A DNA stretch of 64,000 bases from Candidatus Thalassarchaeaceae archaeon (lineage in GTDB: Archaea; Thermoplasmatota; Poseidoniia; Poseidoniales; Thalassarchaeaceae). The stretch spans positions 6,383-70,382 of the forward strand of contig JALRLV010000001.1 of assembly GCA_023268715.1 (NCBI GenBank), in the 5' to 3' direction. Of the stretch, positions 54,365-63,758 are shown piece after piece; positions within the stretch are counted from its first letter, which is position 1; each line of letters starts with the position of its first letter. The notes below the pieces were generated by a model that worked only from the letters and a program-made list of their open reading frames with translations, did not search any database and had not been told where the DNA came from. Position numbers and translations under genes: made by a program.

Positions 54365-54934
54365 TCACTCTCCAGAAAATCCGGGGTGCGGGTCACTTTT
54401 TGGCGAGGTTGAATCTTCGATGGATTCTCCTGAGGTAAGGATGTCAGATGCGGCCCGAACTGAATCGACAATCTGTTGATAACCGGTACATCTGCATAAA
54501 TTCCCTTCAATCGCAGATTTGATTTCTTCATCTGACGGACTAGGATTTTCTTCAAGTAATGCTGAAGCAACTACCAAAAATCCGGGAGTGCAAAATCCAC
54601 ATTGAGACCCGCCACATTCAGCAAACATCTCTTGAATTGGGTGTAAGTGATGTCCATCGGCAAGGCCTTCAACCGTAGTAATTTCGCTGCCTTCTGCTTC
54701 TGCGGCAAGAGTAAGACAGGATAGTCTTGGCTCTCCATTAATCAATACCGAACAACAACCACATGTCCCCATGTCACATCCTCTTTTGGTGCCAAGGCTA
54801 CCCGCTTGATCTCTCAATACATCAAGCAAAATCGCGTTATTCTCGATGTTCAATTGTTTCTTCACACCATTAACCGATGCTACCCAAGAGACTTCTCCAG
54901 CCGAGGGTAACATCGGTAGCCGGTGTTGCACCAT
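54365..54934 (-). CDS. [2Fe-2S]-binding small subunit of the molybdenum hydroxylase
   Basis: Motifs seen: GCDMGTCGCCSV, QCGFCTPG and NLCRCTGY. Confidence 0.92.
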   Translation of the reverse strand: MVQHRLPMLPSAGEVSWVASVNGVKKQLNIENNAILLDVLRDQAGSLGTKRGCDMGTCGCCSVLINGEPRLSCLTLAAEAEGSEITTVEGLADGHHLHPIQEMFAECGGSQCGFCTPGFLVVASALLEENPSPSDEEIKSAIEGNLCRCTGYQQIVDSVRAASDILTSGESIEDSTSPKSDPHPGFSGE

Positions 54935-54988
54935 GAATAGACTCCACTGCGGATTATTCTATTACGCTTCGGTCTGAGTCCTACGGAC

Positions 54989-55645
54989 TCAATTCAAGTC
55001 TGAACCAGCCTTTTGCATCACAGCTCGTTCTGCATCCTGTAGGTGTCCGCCAAAAGTCGAGCGAGAAATTCCCATCTCATCTGCCAGTTGTTTTATTGTG
55101 ACAGATTCTCCTTCTTCGTAATACCCTCTTTCAACGGCAAAAGATAACACTTCTTGTTGCCTTGTAGTCAGAACTTTGTCCCAACCGTTGACCATTTCTC
55201 CTCGCATTGTTATGACACTGACTTTGTCTGGAGGTAAGACTACTCTGAGAAGAGCAAGAAACCTTCGCATAGCTCCTGTTAATCCGGTTACTCTCATTTC
55301 CATGCCCCTTTCTGCATCTAGGGAGTAGGGTGGTTGGAGGTGTAGGTTGGATAGTTCAATAGCGGACTTTGCCAAACCGTGTGAACATAGTATACTAGCC
55401 AATATTCCATCCTCGGATTCCTCGTGGATTTCAACTACCTGAAAACTATCCAAATCATTTAGTTCATGTATGTCTTTACCATCCTGTAATTCAATCTCTG
55501 CTAATTGAACGACTCCAACTGGGGAAACCCCCAAATGAGCCAAAACTTCGAATCTTTGGCAGATTTGTAAGATGCGCCCTAATTCCTTAGCGCCTTGAAT
55601 AGTTGAGAGCTTCCATCTCAGGACTACCTTGCGCATTGGTTTCAC
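54989..55645 (-). CDS. HTH_10 (bacterio-opsin-activator-type) transcriptional regulator
   Basis: The C-terminus reads LTTRQQEVLSFAVERGYYEEGESVTIKQLADEMGISRSTFGGHLQDAERAVM. Confidence 0.75.
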   Translation of the reverse strand: MKPMRKVVLRWKLSTIQGAKELGRILQICQRFEVLAHLGVSPVGVVQLAEIELQDGKDIHELNDLDSFQVVEIHEESEDGILASILCSHGLAKSAIELSNLHLQPPYSLDAERGMEMRVTGLTGAMRRFLALLRVVLPPDKVSVITMRGEMVNGWDKVLTTRQQEVLSFAVERGYYEEGESVTIKQLADEMGISRSTFGGHLQDAERAVMQKAGSDLN

Positions 55646-55702
55646 ATTACGGCTGCGCTATTCAATCCTATGCTATGGTATTCAAGTGTCTAATGCTCCA
55701 AA

Positions 55703-56545
55703 TTATTCCTGAACACCTTTCTCAATCGCCATAATTTCTGCGCATACTGCGATTGCTATCTCTTCTGGGCTTTCCGCGCCGATTTGAATGCCGATAGGAC
55801 ACCGAACCGAATCAATCGCATTTTCTGAAACACCTGCAGAAATTGCCGCCTCCCTGAAAACCTTCCATTTTGCTCGCGATCCAATTGCTCCAATGCGCGG
55901 CCGATTTTCCTCTCCACGGTTCAATAATAGGCCTATAAGCAAGTCTTGGTCTACCGACCAGTCATGCCCCAGCAATAGAACGTCTGAGAATCGCATGAAA
56001 CCATTATCCGAAAGACTGGCAATAAATCCCTTTACATCACTAGAATGATGTTCTACCGCCTTTGGATATAATTCTCCATCAGCGTACTCGTTTCTGACGT
56101 CGAAAACACTGTGCGACCAACCGAGATTATCACAAGTAGCAGCGATGGCTAGACCGCAATGGCCACCACCAGCGATTAGTATGTGTGGCACGGGCTCCAG
56201 GACCTCCAAGGAGACGGTCACGCGACCGCCGCAGAGGCTGTTAAGCGCCGTCGCCTCTTGGCCCTTCGCATCTCGATGTAAGACGTATGTCTCGACTCTA
56301 CTAGCGCCGGATTCATTAGTCAACATTTGACCTAGGTGCTTCTCTACCTTCAGTTCTAACCCAGCCCCTCCGATGGTACCGTGTCTATTTCCTGAGTTGC
56401 TGATCGCCATTCTAGCCCCTGGCTTGCCTGGAACGCTTCCACTGGCTTCAACTACAGAGGCAAGGGCAACCCTTTCGCCGTAATTTAATCGATCTAATAC
56501 CCACGCTAGCGTGGCGCTGGTCATAGATCCCCGGAAGCGACTCAA
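55703..56545 (-). CDS. XdhC/CoxI-family molybdenum cofactor insertion chaperone
   Basis: The N-terminal XdhC_CoxI region is VALASVVEASGSVPGKPGARM. The C-terminal Rossmann-like region is LIAGGGHCGLAIA. Confidence 0.8.
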   Translation of the reverse strand: MSRFRGSMTSATLAWVLDRLNYGERVALASVVEASGSVPGKPGARMAISNSGNRHGTIGGAGLELKVEKHLGQMLTNESGASRVETYVLHRDAKGQEATALNSLCGGRVTVSLEVLEPVPHILIAGGGHCGLAIAATCDNLGWSHSVFDVRNEYADGELYPKAVEHHSSDVKGFIASLSDNGFMRFSDVLLLGHDWSVDQDLLIGLLLNRGEENRPRIGAIGSRAKWKVFREAAISAGVSENAIDSVRCPIGIQIGAESPEEIAIAVCAEIMAIEKGVQE

Positions 56546-56645
56546 GGTATTGGTGTTGCTCGCAAGGAAAATAGAATTTCAGCATAAGAAAATGAAGAGT
56601 TAGCCTCGACTAACTTTCATATGAATAAACACCTCAGCCATTCAT

Positions 56646-57890
56646 ATGTCAGTCGACATCAGCGCGGGACAAGCGCTGGAAATCTTAGTCGTCTCGATGA
56701 GAGATGCTTTCCTTGCAGTGACTGTTTTTGTCGCTGCAATGGTTCTTCTATTCAGTTGGTTACAATACGTCACAGCAGGTCGATTTGTAGTCTGGATTCG
56801 TGAAAATACTAGGTTTCAACCAGTAATTGGTGCAATGATGGGGCTGACTCCAGGTTGTGGTGGAGCGATCATTGTCATGCCTATGTATGCGAGAGGGTAT
56901 GTTACCTATGGAACTGTAATCGCGACCCTTATTGCAACACTCGGTGATGCCGCCTTTGTACTAATTGGTGCAATTTTCCAAGACTCTTCTTTCCTAACTC
57001 CTGTTATTGTTGTCCACTTAACTTCCTTTCTTGTAGGTGTATTGTGGGGTTATGGGGTGGATAAGTTAGAGGTCACACCATCTGCACCGCTAGGCCGATT
57101 TGGCCCTAAATTTGGAACAGATGAACCATTAGGTGAAGAAGCTGCAAAGGCGATGGAAGGTGAGGATTCACTTATCGAAGATTTACCAAGAGAGATTCCA
57201 GAAGGATGGGGCTATCGTGTATTGCACCAAGGGTACAGAGTGTGGTGGGCGATAACAGGTGTCGGATTGTGTCTTGCAATTTTGCTTCTGATTTGGTATG
57301 CGCAAGACCCTGAATATTCACCCGAGTTAGTCTGGGATCTAACGACTCGAGATGGAATAGTAACTTGGGTGGGGTTAATTGGAACCTCTTTGTCTATCAT
57401 TCTGTATTTCTCCTCCAAGAATTTCTTTGCTGATGATACAGAGGCTACCATTGGAGACAAACTCAATTCACTTGACGAAACACTTGTTCATGCGGCATCT
57501 GAAACAGCATTCGTGACTTTTTGGGTCCTAATCGCTTACCTAGTTTTTGAGTTTGGTATTATATTGTCTGGTATTACTGAATCGGATATTTCCGAACATG
57601 GATCTGGCGCTGCGGCAGTGTTGCTTGCGGCGACTGTTGGACTTATTCCTGGATGCGGGCCTCAAATTATCGCAATTACAGCATATATCGAGGGAGTAAT
57701 CTCATTTCCAGCTTTAGTTGCAAATGCCATATCTCAGGACGGAGACGCTCTATTCCCTCTATTGGTTAGACACAAGGTTGCCTCAATTTGGGCAACAATT
57801 CATACCACCCTTCCGGCAATTATTGTCGGTTTGGTATTCCTTTGGTTGATGGGTCAATATCCCTCAATCACAATTGCTTTGCAACCTTGA
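56646..57890 (+). CDS. About 10-TM permease with duplicated GL(T/I)PGCG motif (DUF2899/ArsP_2-like putative metal transporter)
   Basis: The two halves are homologous (GAMMGLTPGCGGAIIVMPMY and ATVGLIPGCGPQIIAITAY). The family call is from memory only. Confidence 0.45.
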   Translation: MSVDISAGQALEILVVSMRDAFLAVTVFVAAMVLLFSWLQYVTAGRFVVWIRENTRFQPVIGAMMGLTPGCGGAIIVMPMYARGYVTYGTVIATLIATLGDAAFVLIGAIFQDSSFLTPVIVVHLTSFLVGVLWGYGVDKLEVTPSAPLGRFGPKFGTDEPLGEEAAKAMEGEDSLIEDLPREIPEGWGYRVLHQGYRVWWAITGVGLCLAILLLIWYAQDPEYSPELVWDLTTRDGIVTWVGLIGTSLSIILYFSSKNFFADDTEATIGDKLNSLDETLVHAASETAFVTFWVLIAYLVFEFGIILSGITESDISEHGSGAAAVLLAATVGLIPGCGPQIIAITAYIEGVISFPALVANAISQDGDALFPLLVRHKVASIWATIHTTLPAIIVGLVFLWLMGQYPSITIALQP

Positions 57891-58425
57891 CTAATTCGTT
57901 AACATCTTGTCTGGTGTCTATGTTTAGGTGTAGATGAGGGTCTTCTACAGTTAACCTATCTGGGCTGATTATATCACGTAATGGAGTGTCTGGTTCAGCC
58001 AGCAATGTATTCTCGCAATCGTCAGAAGTTATTGCAATGGGGTGGCCTCCTTTTTCATTTAAGATCGGAATCGTTGTGTCGTTGCATTCACACAGTTTGT
58101 TTACAGTATCTAGACTAAACCCCGGCCTGTCAACAGGCACGATTAACATAGGTTTGATGCCAATTGATTCAATTCCACATTGAATTGTTCCAGTACGTCC
58201 TAAATCTGGATTTGGATTTACTATCACACTAACATTGGGAAGTAATTTCTGGACTTTTTGTTTGAGTGAATTTCGAGTAACTACCGTTACCGAAAGACCA
58301 GCATTTTGCAATTTACTGCACACTAACTCAACAAGAGTTTGTCCTTTGATTTCAACCAATGCTTTGGGGCTACCTAGGCGTTTACTCGCCCCAGCGGCTA
58401 GAACAATCGCTTCGTCAATCCTCAT
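57868..58425 (-). CDS. MobA/MocA-like molybdenum cofactor nucleotidyltransferase
   Basis: AIVLAAGASKRLGSPKAL is present, and LIVPVDRP provides the DxP motif. Start is ATG 58425 (MRIDEAIVL), overlapping the upstream protease stop by 11 nt. Confidence 0.75.
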   Translation of the reverse strand: MRIDEAIVLAAGASKRLGSPKALVEIKGQTLVELVCSKLQNAGLSVTVVTRNSLKQKVQKLLPNVSVIVNPNPDLGRTGTIQCGIESIGIKPMLIVPVDRPGFSLDTVNKLCECNDTTIPILNEKGGHPIAITSDDCENTLLAEPDTPLRDIISPDRLTVEDPHLHLNIDTRQDVNELVKVAKQL

Positions 58426-60418
58426 CGGAATTTGCACTCCAAATCGAACTGCGATTGAAGTAAATTGCAACTCCAATAACTGGAACCAAGAAAATCAATA
58501 ACCCCAATAATACAATCAAAAACGGTTGATTACTCAATCCAATTTCCTGATTATTTGCTAATTCGTCGATTAGAATAACCCTTTTAGCATCGATAGGAGA
58601 GATGTGATCATCATCGAGGTATAATCTTGCAAAAATCGTAGAATTGCCAGAATTATCATGCGGTTCGAGTTCTAAACTCCAACTAGTCCAGTCTCCATCC
58701 TTTGAATCATCGTTTGCTTCTCTCCATTCCGCGCCACCTACTCGAATCTCAACTCTACCATCTGTTCCTGAAGGCAATCCACTTGCGATTCCGGTAATTT
58801 TGCTTTGATTTTCAATTATCTGCAGGGTGTCGATATTCATTGATACATTGAGTGTGCGATCAATACTTCCCGCTACCTCAACGAATACAACTGGATCTGC
58901 TTGGCCGAATCCAAACTCATTATCTGGCCGAGTCTCTATCAAACTACAGTCATTGAACCCAGGGTCGTCTAAGAGTACAATTTCTCTTTCAATTGAGTAG
59001 GCTGCAATGATGTCTTTGAATTCATAAGGAGTAATATCTGGATTTGCTTGAACCATCAAAGCCGCAATTCCTGCCATTAACGGAGTTGCCATGCTGGTTC
59101 CAGATTTACTAGTATATCCATCATTTGTTGCTGCATCTGGCGCCATTATACTCGACCCGATGGTGGCTACATCTGGTTTTACTCGCATGTCAGAAGTATA
59201 TCCTCTGCTACTGTAAATTGCTAGCCCTAGATCCTTATCCAAACTGGCTACGGTTACGGGTAAAGCGGCATCACCTGGGCTGTCAATTGTATTACAGCCA
59301 GCAAAAGTCGCTCCTCCAAATTCGTTCCCAGCAGACAGGGTCGTGATAATTCCAGCCTCAACAACTGCATCCATTTGGCGGCTCCAAGCAGAACTGCCGT
59401 CATTGTCAACATGAATCTCAAATTGTTGCTCTCCAAGCGAGGAAGTTAAGATATTGATGCCATATTTTTCTTTGTTATCTATCGCCCATTGAGCACCTTG
59501 CATAATGTCTTCAATATCACCATCACAACATGCTAAGATGTTTATCAGCCATGCACCGGGTGCTGCCCCCACATATTTCTCTCCTGTTGCAGGGTCTGTT
59601 TGTCCCCCGCCGCTACCTGCCGCAATACCCGCAACATGAGTTCCATGGGTGCCTGAGTCGTATGATTCTGAAGGGTCTAGTTCTTGATCAGTAAACACCG
59701 CATCGAAGAATGCAATGATTTTCGGGTCACAATCCGCGGGAATTGGTTCTGGATTTGGGTCTAAGGGGTCGGGGGGATCGTCGATACAGGTAAATGGGTC
59801 GTCATCCATATCATTGAGTCCTTCATGATCTCCTCTCACTCCAGTGTCAAGTACAGCAATCACCGCCCCAGTTCCATCTAATCCCAGGTCTTGCCAAACA
59901 GAATTAACACCCATGTTTGGAACCGCTTCGTTCATGTTTGGTTCCGCAAGTCCCAGATCTTCTATCATCACTACACCGGGCAGAGAAAGGATTCCATCAG
60001 GGTGTAATATTGATTCGAAAGGAGCGGAAGCCGCCACGGTATCCAGGTAACTGAATCTGAAAGTCACCTCAACATTTAGTTCTTCGAGCGCTGAAATATC
60101 TGCATCTGTGGGATGGTGATCGTAGTCAATGAATACTCTGGCACTTCCTGGTGGAGCTCTTTGCCACCATTCATTTTGTATTGCGCTAGGTTGGAGAATC
60201 AACCATTCAAGCCGATCATCAATAGAATTACCGTCTTTGTCTCTACTCCAATCGAGCCACCACTCAAAATGAATTTCAGGCTCAACTGAGGCGACCCAAT
60301 CTCCATTGAAATCTAGGCCACCTCTTTGTATGGAATCTTCGCTAATCGAAGAGGACACTAATGGGGAAATTAGCATAATCAAAATAATTGAGACATATAT
60401 GCCCCTAGTCTTACCCAT
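58415..60418 (-). CDS. Subtilisin-like (S8) serine protease, membrane-anchored
   Basis: The catalytic triad is VLDTGV, HGTHVAG and GTSMATP. It has a signal peptide from ATG 60418 (MGKTRGIYVSIILIMLISPLVSS), an I9-like propeptide and a C-terminal TM helix (FLIVLLGLLIFLVPVIGVAIYF). Confidence 0.88.
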   Translation of the reverse strand: MGKTRGIYVSIILIMLISPLVSSSISEDSIQRGGLDFNGDWVASVEPEIHFEWWLDWSRDKDGNSIDDRLEWLILQPSAIQNEWWQRAPPGSARVFIDYDHHPTDADISALEELNVEVTFRFSYLDTVAASAPFESILHPDGILSLPGVVMIEDLGLAEPNMNEAVPNMGVNSVWQDLGLDGTGAVIAVLDTGVRGDHEGLNDMDDDPFTCIDDPPDPLDPNPEPIPADCDPKIIAFFDAVFTDQELDPSESYDSGTHGTHVAGIAAGSGGGQTDPATGEKYVGAAPGAWLINILACCDGDIEDIMQGAQWAIDNKEKYGINILTSSLGEQQFEIHVDNDGSSAWSRQMDAVVEAGIITTLSAGNEFGGATFAGCNTIDSPGDAALPVTVASLDKDLGLAIYSSRGYTSDMRVKPDVATIGSSIMAPDAATNDGYTSKSGTSMATPLMAGIAALMVQANPDITPYEFKDIIAAYSIEREIVLLDDPGFNDCSLIETRPDNEFGFGQADPVVFVEVAGSIDRTLNVSMNIDTLQIIENQSKITGIASGLPSGTDGRVEIRVGGAEWREANDDSKDGDWTSWSLELEPHDNSGNSTIFARLYLDDDHISPIDAKRVILIDELANNQEIGLSNQPFLIVLLGLLIFLVPVIGVAIYFNRSSIWSANSDED

Positions 60419-60470
60419 AATCTGTCCAACCAGCACCCATGTTTGAGCATTAGGACTAGATGACTTGAGA

Positions 60471-62471
60471 CTATCCAGATTCGGATTGGTTGTGTTCTGA
60501 TTCAGATAAGATATCTCCGTCCATATCCTCATCACTATAATATTCGTCATCTTTTTCAAAGAATCCTCTCTCTCTAAGTTGAACGCCTGCAAAAATTAGT
60601 GCAGAAAGAAGGACGAGAACTAAAAGGGCCAAAATTCCGATTGCAAGCCCGATAAAGGAATTTTCAGAATCCGATTGTACAATTTTTTCTTCATCCATTA
60701 TGTGAATTCCTACAGCAAGATTAGTCGATGCTTGATCCCCGGATATCGCTCGTACGAGAATTACTTGGTCACCTTCTACTGTGTTATTGGGGAGGAATCG
60801 TAGTCTATCCACCAATAAGTCATGAGTCACCTGAAACTGCAGGTCACCAATTGCAAATTCAGATAAATCCATCCAATTATCCCTCATGTCCCAGGTTCGC
60901 CATTGGACTCTTTGTACTCCACCATCTAGATTGAAAATAATCGATTCTCCTTGCCCAATATGAACACGGTTATCTACACCGTATTCACTATCCAAAGTCA
61001 CATTCAATGACATGCTAAGTTGGTAGACGTAATTTGCGGCTTCCTCAACCGCAGGTTGTGCATTAACATGACCATGACCGTAGACGTTATTTTGCCTATT
61101 CTTTGGTACGAGGTCCTCGCCACAAGGCTCATTCGCCAACATGTAATGACATTGTCTGTAGGTAGAGGTTTCTTGCATTATATTCCTAACATCGAAAGGA
61201 CTCAAATCGGGATTGGCTTGATACATCAAAACAGCAACACCGGCAGCACCGGGTGTTGCCATGCTAGTGCCAGATAATGCTACGTAACCATCACCGGTAT
61301 TTGCATCTGGAGCGTTGACACTACTTCCTACGAAAGCCATATTTGGTTTAATTCGTCCTTCTTCAGTAGGCCCTTGACTTGAGTATATTGCGATAGCTGT
61401 ATCTTTATCCAAGGCGCCAATTGTAATCGCATCTTCTGCACTTCCCGGAGTCCCAATTTGAGCACTGAATGCTGAATTACCAGCGGCAATAAAGATTGCA
61501 ACACCCGCTCTCATCATTTCGTTTGCCATCCGGTTGACGGATTCTTGTTCTGAGGTTGTCCATTCGGATACTGCAGGCCCTCCAAGACTCATACTTGCTG
61601 CTCGAATGTTGAACTCGTGGCGCTTTTCAACGGTCCACTCCATTCCTGCCATAACTTGGGCATAGCTTCCACTTCCGCTACCGCTGAGAACTTTTACACC
61701 CACGAGATTTGCTTGTGGTGCGACTCCAACATGCTGGTATGAGGGTGCTCCAGTTCCCGCAGTTATTCCAGCGCAATGAGTTCCATGGCCATTATCATCG
61801 TAAGGAAAAATTTCGCTGCCATTGGTGGCCTGCGGGTTATTTATTGCATCGTAAAATGCAATTACCTTAGGGTCATCAGTGCTGTTATCGTCATCTAAAT
61901 CGTCTAGAGCAGTGTGGTTACCGTCGATTCCAGTGTCAATGATTGCCATGGTTACACCGGCCCCGGTATAACCTGTATCCTGCCAGACTAAGTCAACACC
62001 ATGAGCGGGAACTACGTCCTCCATTTGAACCTCTAGTCTGCCATCTAACTCGATGAATACAACACCTGGTAGTTGAACCAAATCGTATATTCTATCTAAT
62101 TCAACAGTTCCTGCAATCGAATCAATCAACCAATACCTGAATTGTGTCTGAAAATCTAATTCATTTTCTAGCATCTTTTGATCATATTCAGTTGGTGTGT
62201 GGTCAAAGTCAACGATTACTGAAATTCGACCATTCTCATCGAGGTATTGATAGTGATTGTTTTGTGTAGCAATCCAAATTGCATCGTGAATGTAATCTCC
62301 ATCTTTGTCCATTGGGGTGTCTTCCCACCAATCACCAATCTGCTCAGAATAGGTTGGGGTGTGAGATGGACTTGACACGGATGGAGCCGCTGCTGCAAGT
62401 GCGGGAACAAGCATCATTCCGAGTATTGTGATTGCAATCAATCTGGCACGAATCTCATCAGATGCAAACAT
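60471..62471 (-). CDS. Subtilisin-like (S8) serine protease, membrane-anchored (paralogue)
   Basis: The catalytic triad is IIDTGI, HGTHCAG and GTSMATP. The signal is ITILGMMLVPALAAAAP. The C-terminal TM helix is GLAIGILALLVLVLLSALIFAGV, followed by an acidic tail. Start is ATG 62471 or GTG 62483. Confidence 0.88.
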   Translation of the reverse strand: MFASDEIRARLIAITILGMMLVPALAAAAPSVSSPSHTPTYSEQIGDWWEDTPMDKDGDYIHDAIWIATQNNHYQYLDENGRISVIVDFDHTPTEYDQKMLENELDFQTQFRYWLIDSIAGTVELDRIYDLVQLPGVVFIELDGRLEVQMEDVVPAHGVDLVWQDTGYTGAGVTMAIIDTGIDGNHTALDDLDDDNSTDDPKVIAFYDAINNPQATNGSEIFPYDDNGHGTHCAGITAGTGAPSYQHVGVAPQANLVGVKVLSGSGSGSYAQVMAGMEWTVEKRHEFNIRAASMSLGGPAVSEWTTSEQESVNRMANEMMRAGVAIFIAAGNSAFSAQIGTPGSAEDAITIGALDKDTAIAIYSSQGPTEEGRIKPNMAFVGSSVNAPDANTGDGYVALSGTSMATPGAAGVAVLMYQANPDLSPFDVRNIMQETSTYRQCHYMLANEPCGEDLVPKNRQNNVYGHGHVNAQPAVEEAANYVYQLSMSLNVTLDSEYGVDNRVHIGQGESIIFNLDGGVQRVQWRTWDMRDNWMDLSEFAIGDLQFQVTHDLLVDRLRFLPNNTVEGDQVILVRAISGDQASTNLAVGIHIMDEEKIVQSDSENSFIGLAIGILALLVLVLLSALIFAGVQLRERGFFEKDDEYYSDEDMDGDILSESEHNQSESG

Positions 62472-62546
62472 GGTGACCAGCACTATGGCATCGAGAAGGT
62501 AATTTCAATAAAGCGGTCAGTTGACTATCCAGCCTTAAGGGCTGAT

Positions 62547-63695
62547 TCAGAGGTCTCTGACCATTTCTCTTCCAATAATCATCCGTTGAACCTGGCTACT
62601 TCCTTCGTAAATTTGTAGGACCTTAGCAGCGCGCATCAGGCGGGCAACTGGATATTCTTCTGAGTAGCCATAGCCACCGAAAACTTGCACTGCATCAGTA
62701 GTAATTTCCATACAAGAATCAGCAGCAAATCGCTTCGCGTGAGCTGCACTTTCGGTATTCTTGATTCCATTATCGACTTCCCATGCGGTGCGCCATGTAA
62801 GCAATCTGCTAGCCTCGATTTTTGTTTTCATATCGGCCAACATGAATTGGATAGCCTGATGCTCATGCAATTTCTTGCCAAATGTCTTGCGTTCATCGGC
62901 ATATTGGAGCGCATATTCGTATGCGGCTCGTGAACATCCAACGGCTTGTGCAGCGACACAGGGTCGTGATAGGTCGAAGGCCTTCATTGCATTGAACCAA
63001 CCCGCTCCCTCAACACCGCCGATCAGATTTTCAACAGGTACATGGACATCTTCGAAGATTACAGCTCGGGTGTCTGAAGCTCTCTGACCCATATTTGTCT
63101 CTTTTTTCCCAAGTGAAACTCCATCCCATGAACTTTCGACGATAAATGCGCTCATTCCTTTGTACCCAGCTGATTTGTCGGTGTATGCCAAAACGAAGAA
63201 CCAATCTGCTTGTCCCGCGCCAGTAATCCACATTTTCTGTCCATTTAGGATGTAATGGTCGCCATCTCGGACGGCGGTAGTTTGAATGCTTGCAACATCA
63301 CTGCCAGCACCAGGTTCGGTTACACAATAGGATGCAATCAAGGGCTTTTTCACCAAGCGTCCGAGGTATTCAGTTTTCTGTTCCTCAGTTCCTCCAGTAA
63401 TTACCGGGCCGACAGTTAATCCGTTAGAGTATGCTGCTGTCCCAAACCCGGGGTCCCCCCAAGAAAATTCTTCACACACCAACACCTCGTCAAGTATGCC
63501 CATCCCCATGCCTCCGTATTCTGAGGGGATGTGTAGGTTGGTTAGGCCTAGTGCATGAGCCTCTGCGATCGCTTCGGTTGGGAATTCAGAATTAGCCTCC
63601 CAATGCTCAGCATTTGGCCGAACTGTATCTTTTACAAATTCGTGAGCCAACTCACGAAGCATCTCCTGTTCCTCGGACAATGCGAACTCAACCAT
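62547..63695 (-). CDS. Acyl-CoA dehydrogenase
   Basis: The protein is 382 aa. Motifs seen: YCVTEPGAGSD, GQKMWITG, and FGGYGYSEEYPVARLMRAAKVLQIYEGSSQVQR. Confidence 0.92.
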   Translation of the reverse strand: MVEFALSEEQEMLRELAHEFVKDTVRPNAEHWEANSEFPTEAIAEAHALGLTNLHIPSEYGGMGMGILDEVLVCEEFSWGDPGFGTAAYSNGLTVGPVITGGTEEQKTEYLGRLVKKPLIASYCVTEPGAGSDVASIQTTAVRDGDHYILNGQKMWITGAGQADWFFVLAYTDKSAGYKGMSAFIVESSWDGVSLGKKETNMGQRASDTRAVIFEDVHVPVENLIGGVEGAGWFNAMKAFDLSRPCVAAQAVGCSRAAYEYALQYADERKTFGKKLHEHQAIQFMLADMKTKIEASRLLTWRTAWEVDNGIKNTESAAHAKRFAADSCMEITTDAVQVFGGYGYSEEYPVARLMRAAKVLQIYEGSSQVQRMIIGREMVRDL

Positions 63696-63758
63696 GATGC
63701 CGCCAGAGGCCTTCCTGCCTTAGCCGTTAGGGCAAGGAAATCGCACAATATGCACTCC

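Noticed and set aside
54361-54570. Long N-terminal extensions given by the ORF track. Affected genes are the Mo large subunit to 54570, S8 protease to 60592, alpha/beta hydrolase to 4083, CARDB protein to 50672, MocA to 58476, xthA from 38587, ADH synthase from 40750, acyltransferase from 39395 and ahcY from 21641.
   Set aside because: Each extension overlaps the preceding gene by 50-200 nt and uses the most upstream ATG/GTG/TTG. Internal starts sit 0-11 nt from the upstream stop, or restore canonical N-termini or signal peptides.
51577-54934. Interpretation of the S-L-M molybdoenzyme as aerobic carbon-monoxide dehydrogenase (CoxSLM).
   Set aside because: I could not find the CODH active-site loop (AYxCSFR or AYRGAGR type) in the large subunit. 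The corresponding region reads ASGAMRGHG. The gene order is not coxMSL, and the FAD subunit carries a Cys-rich insertion atypical of CoxM.
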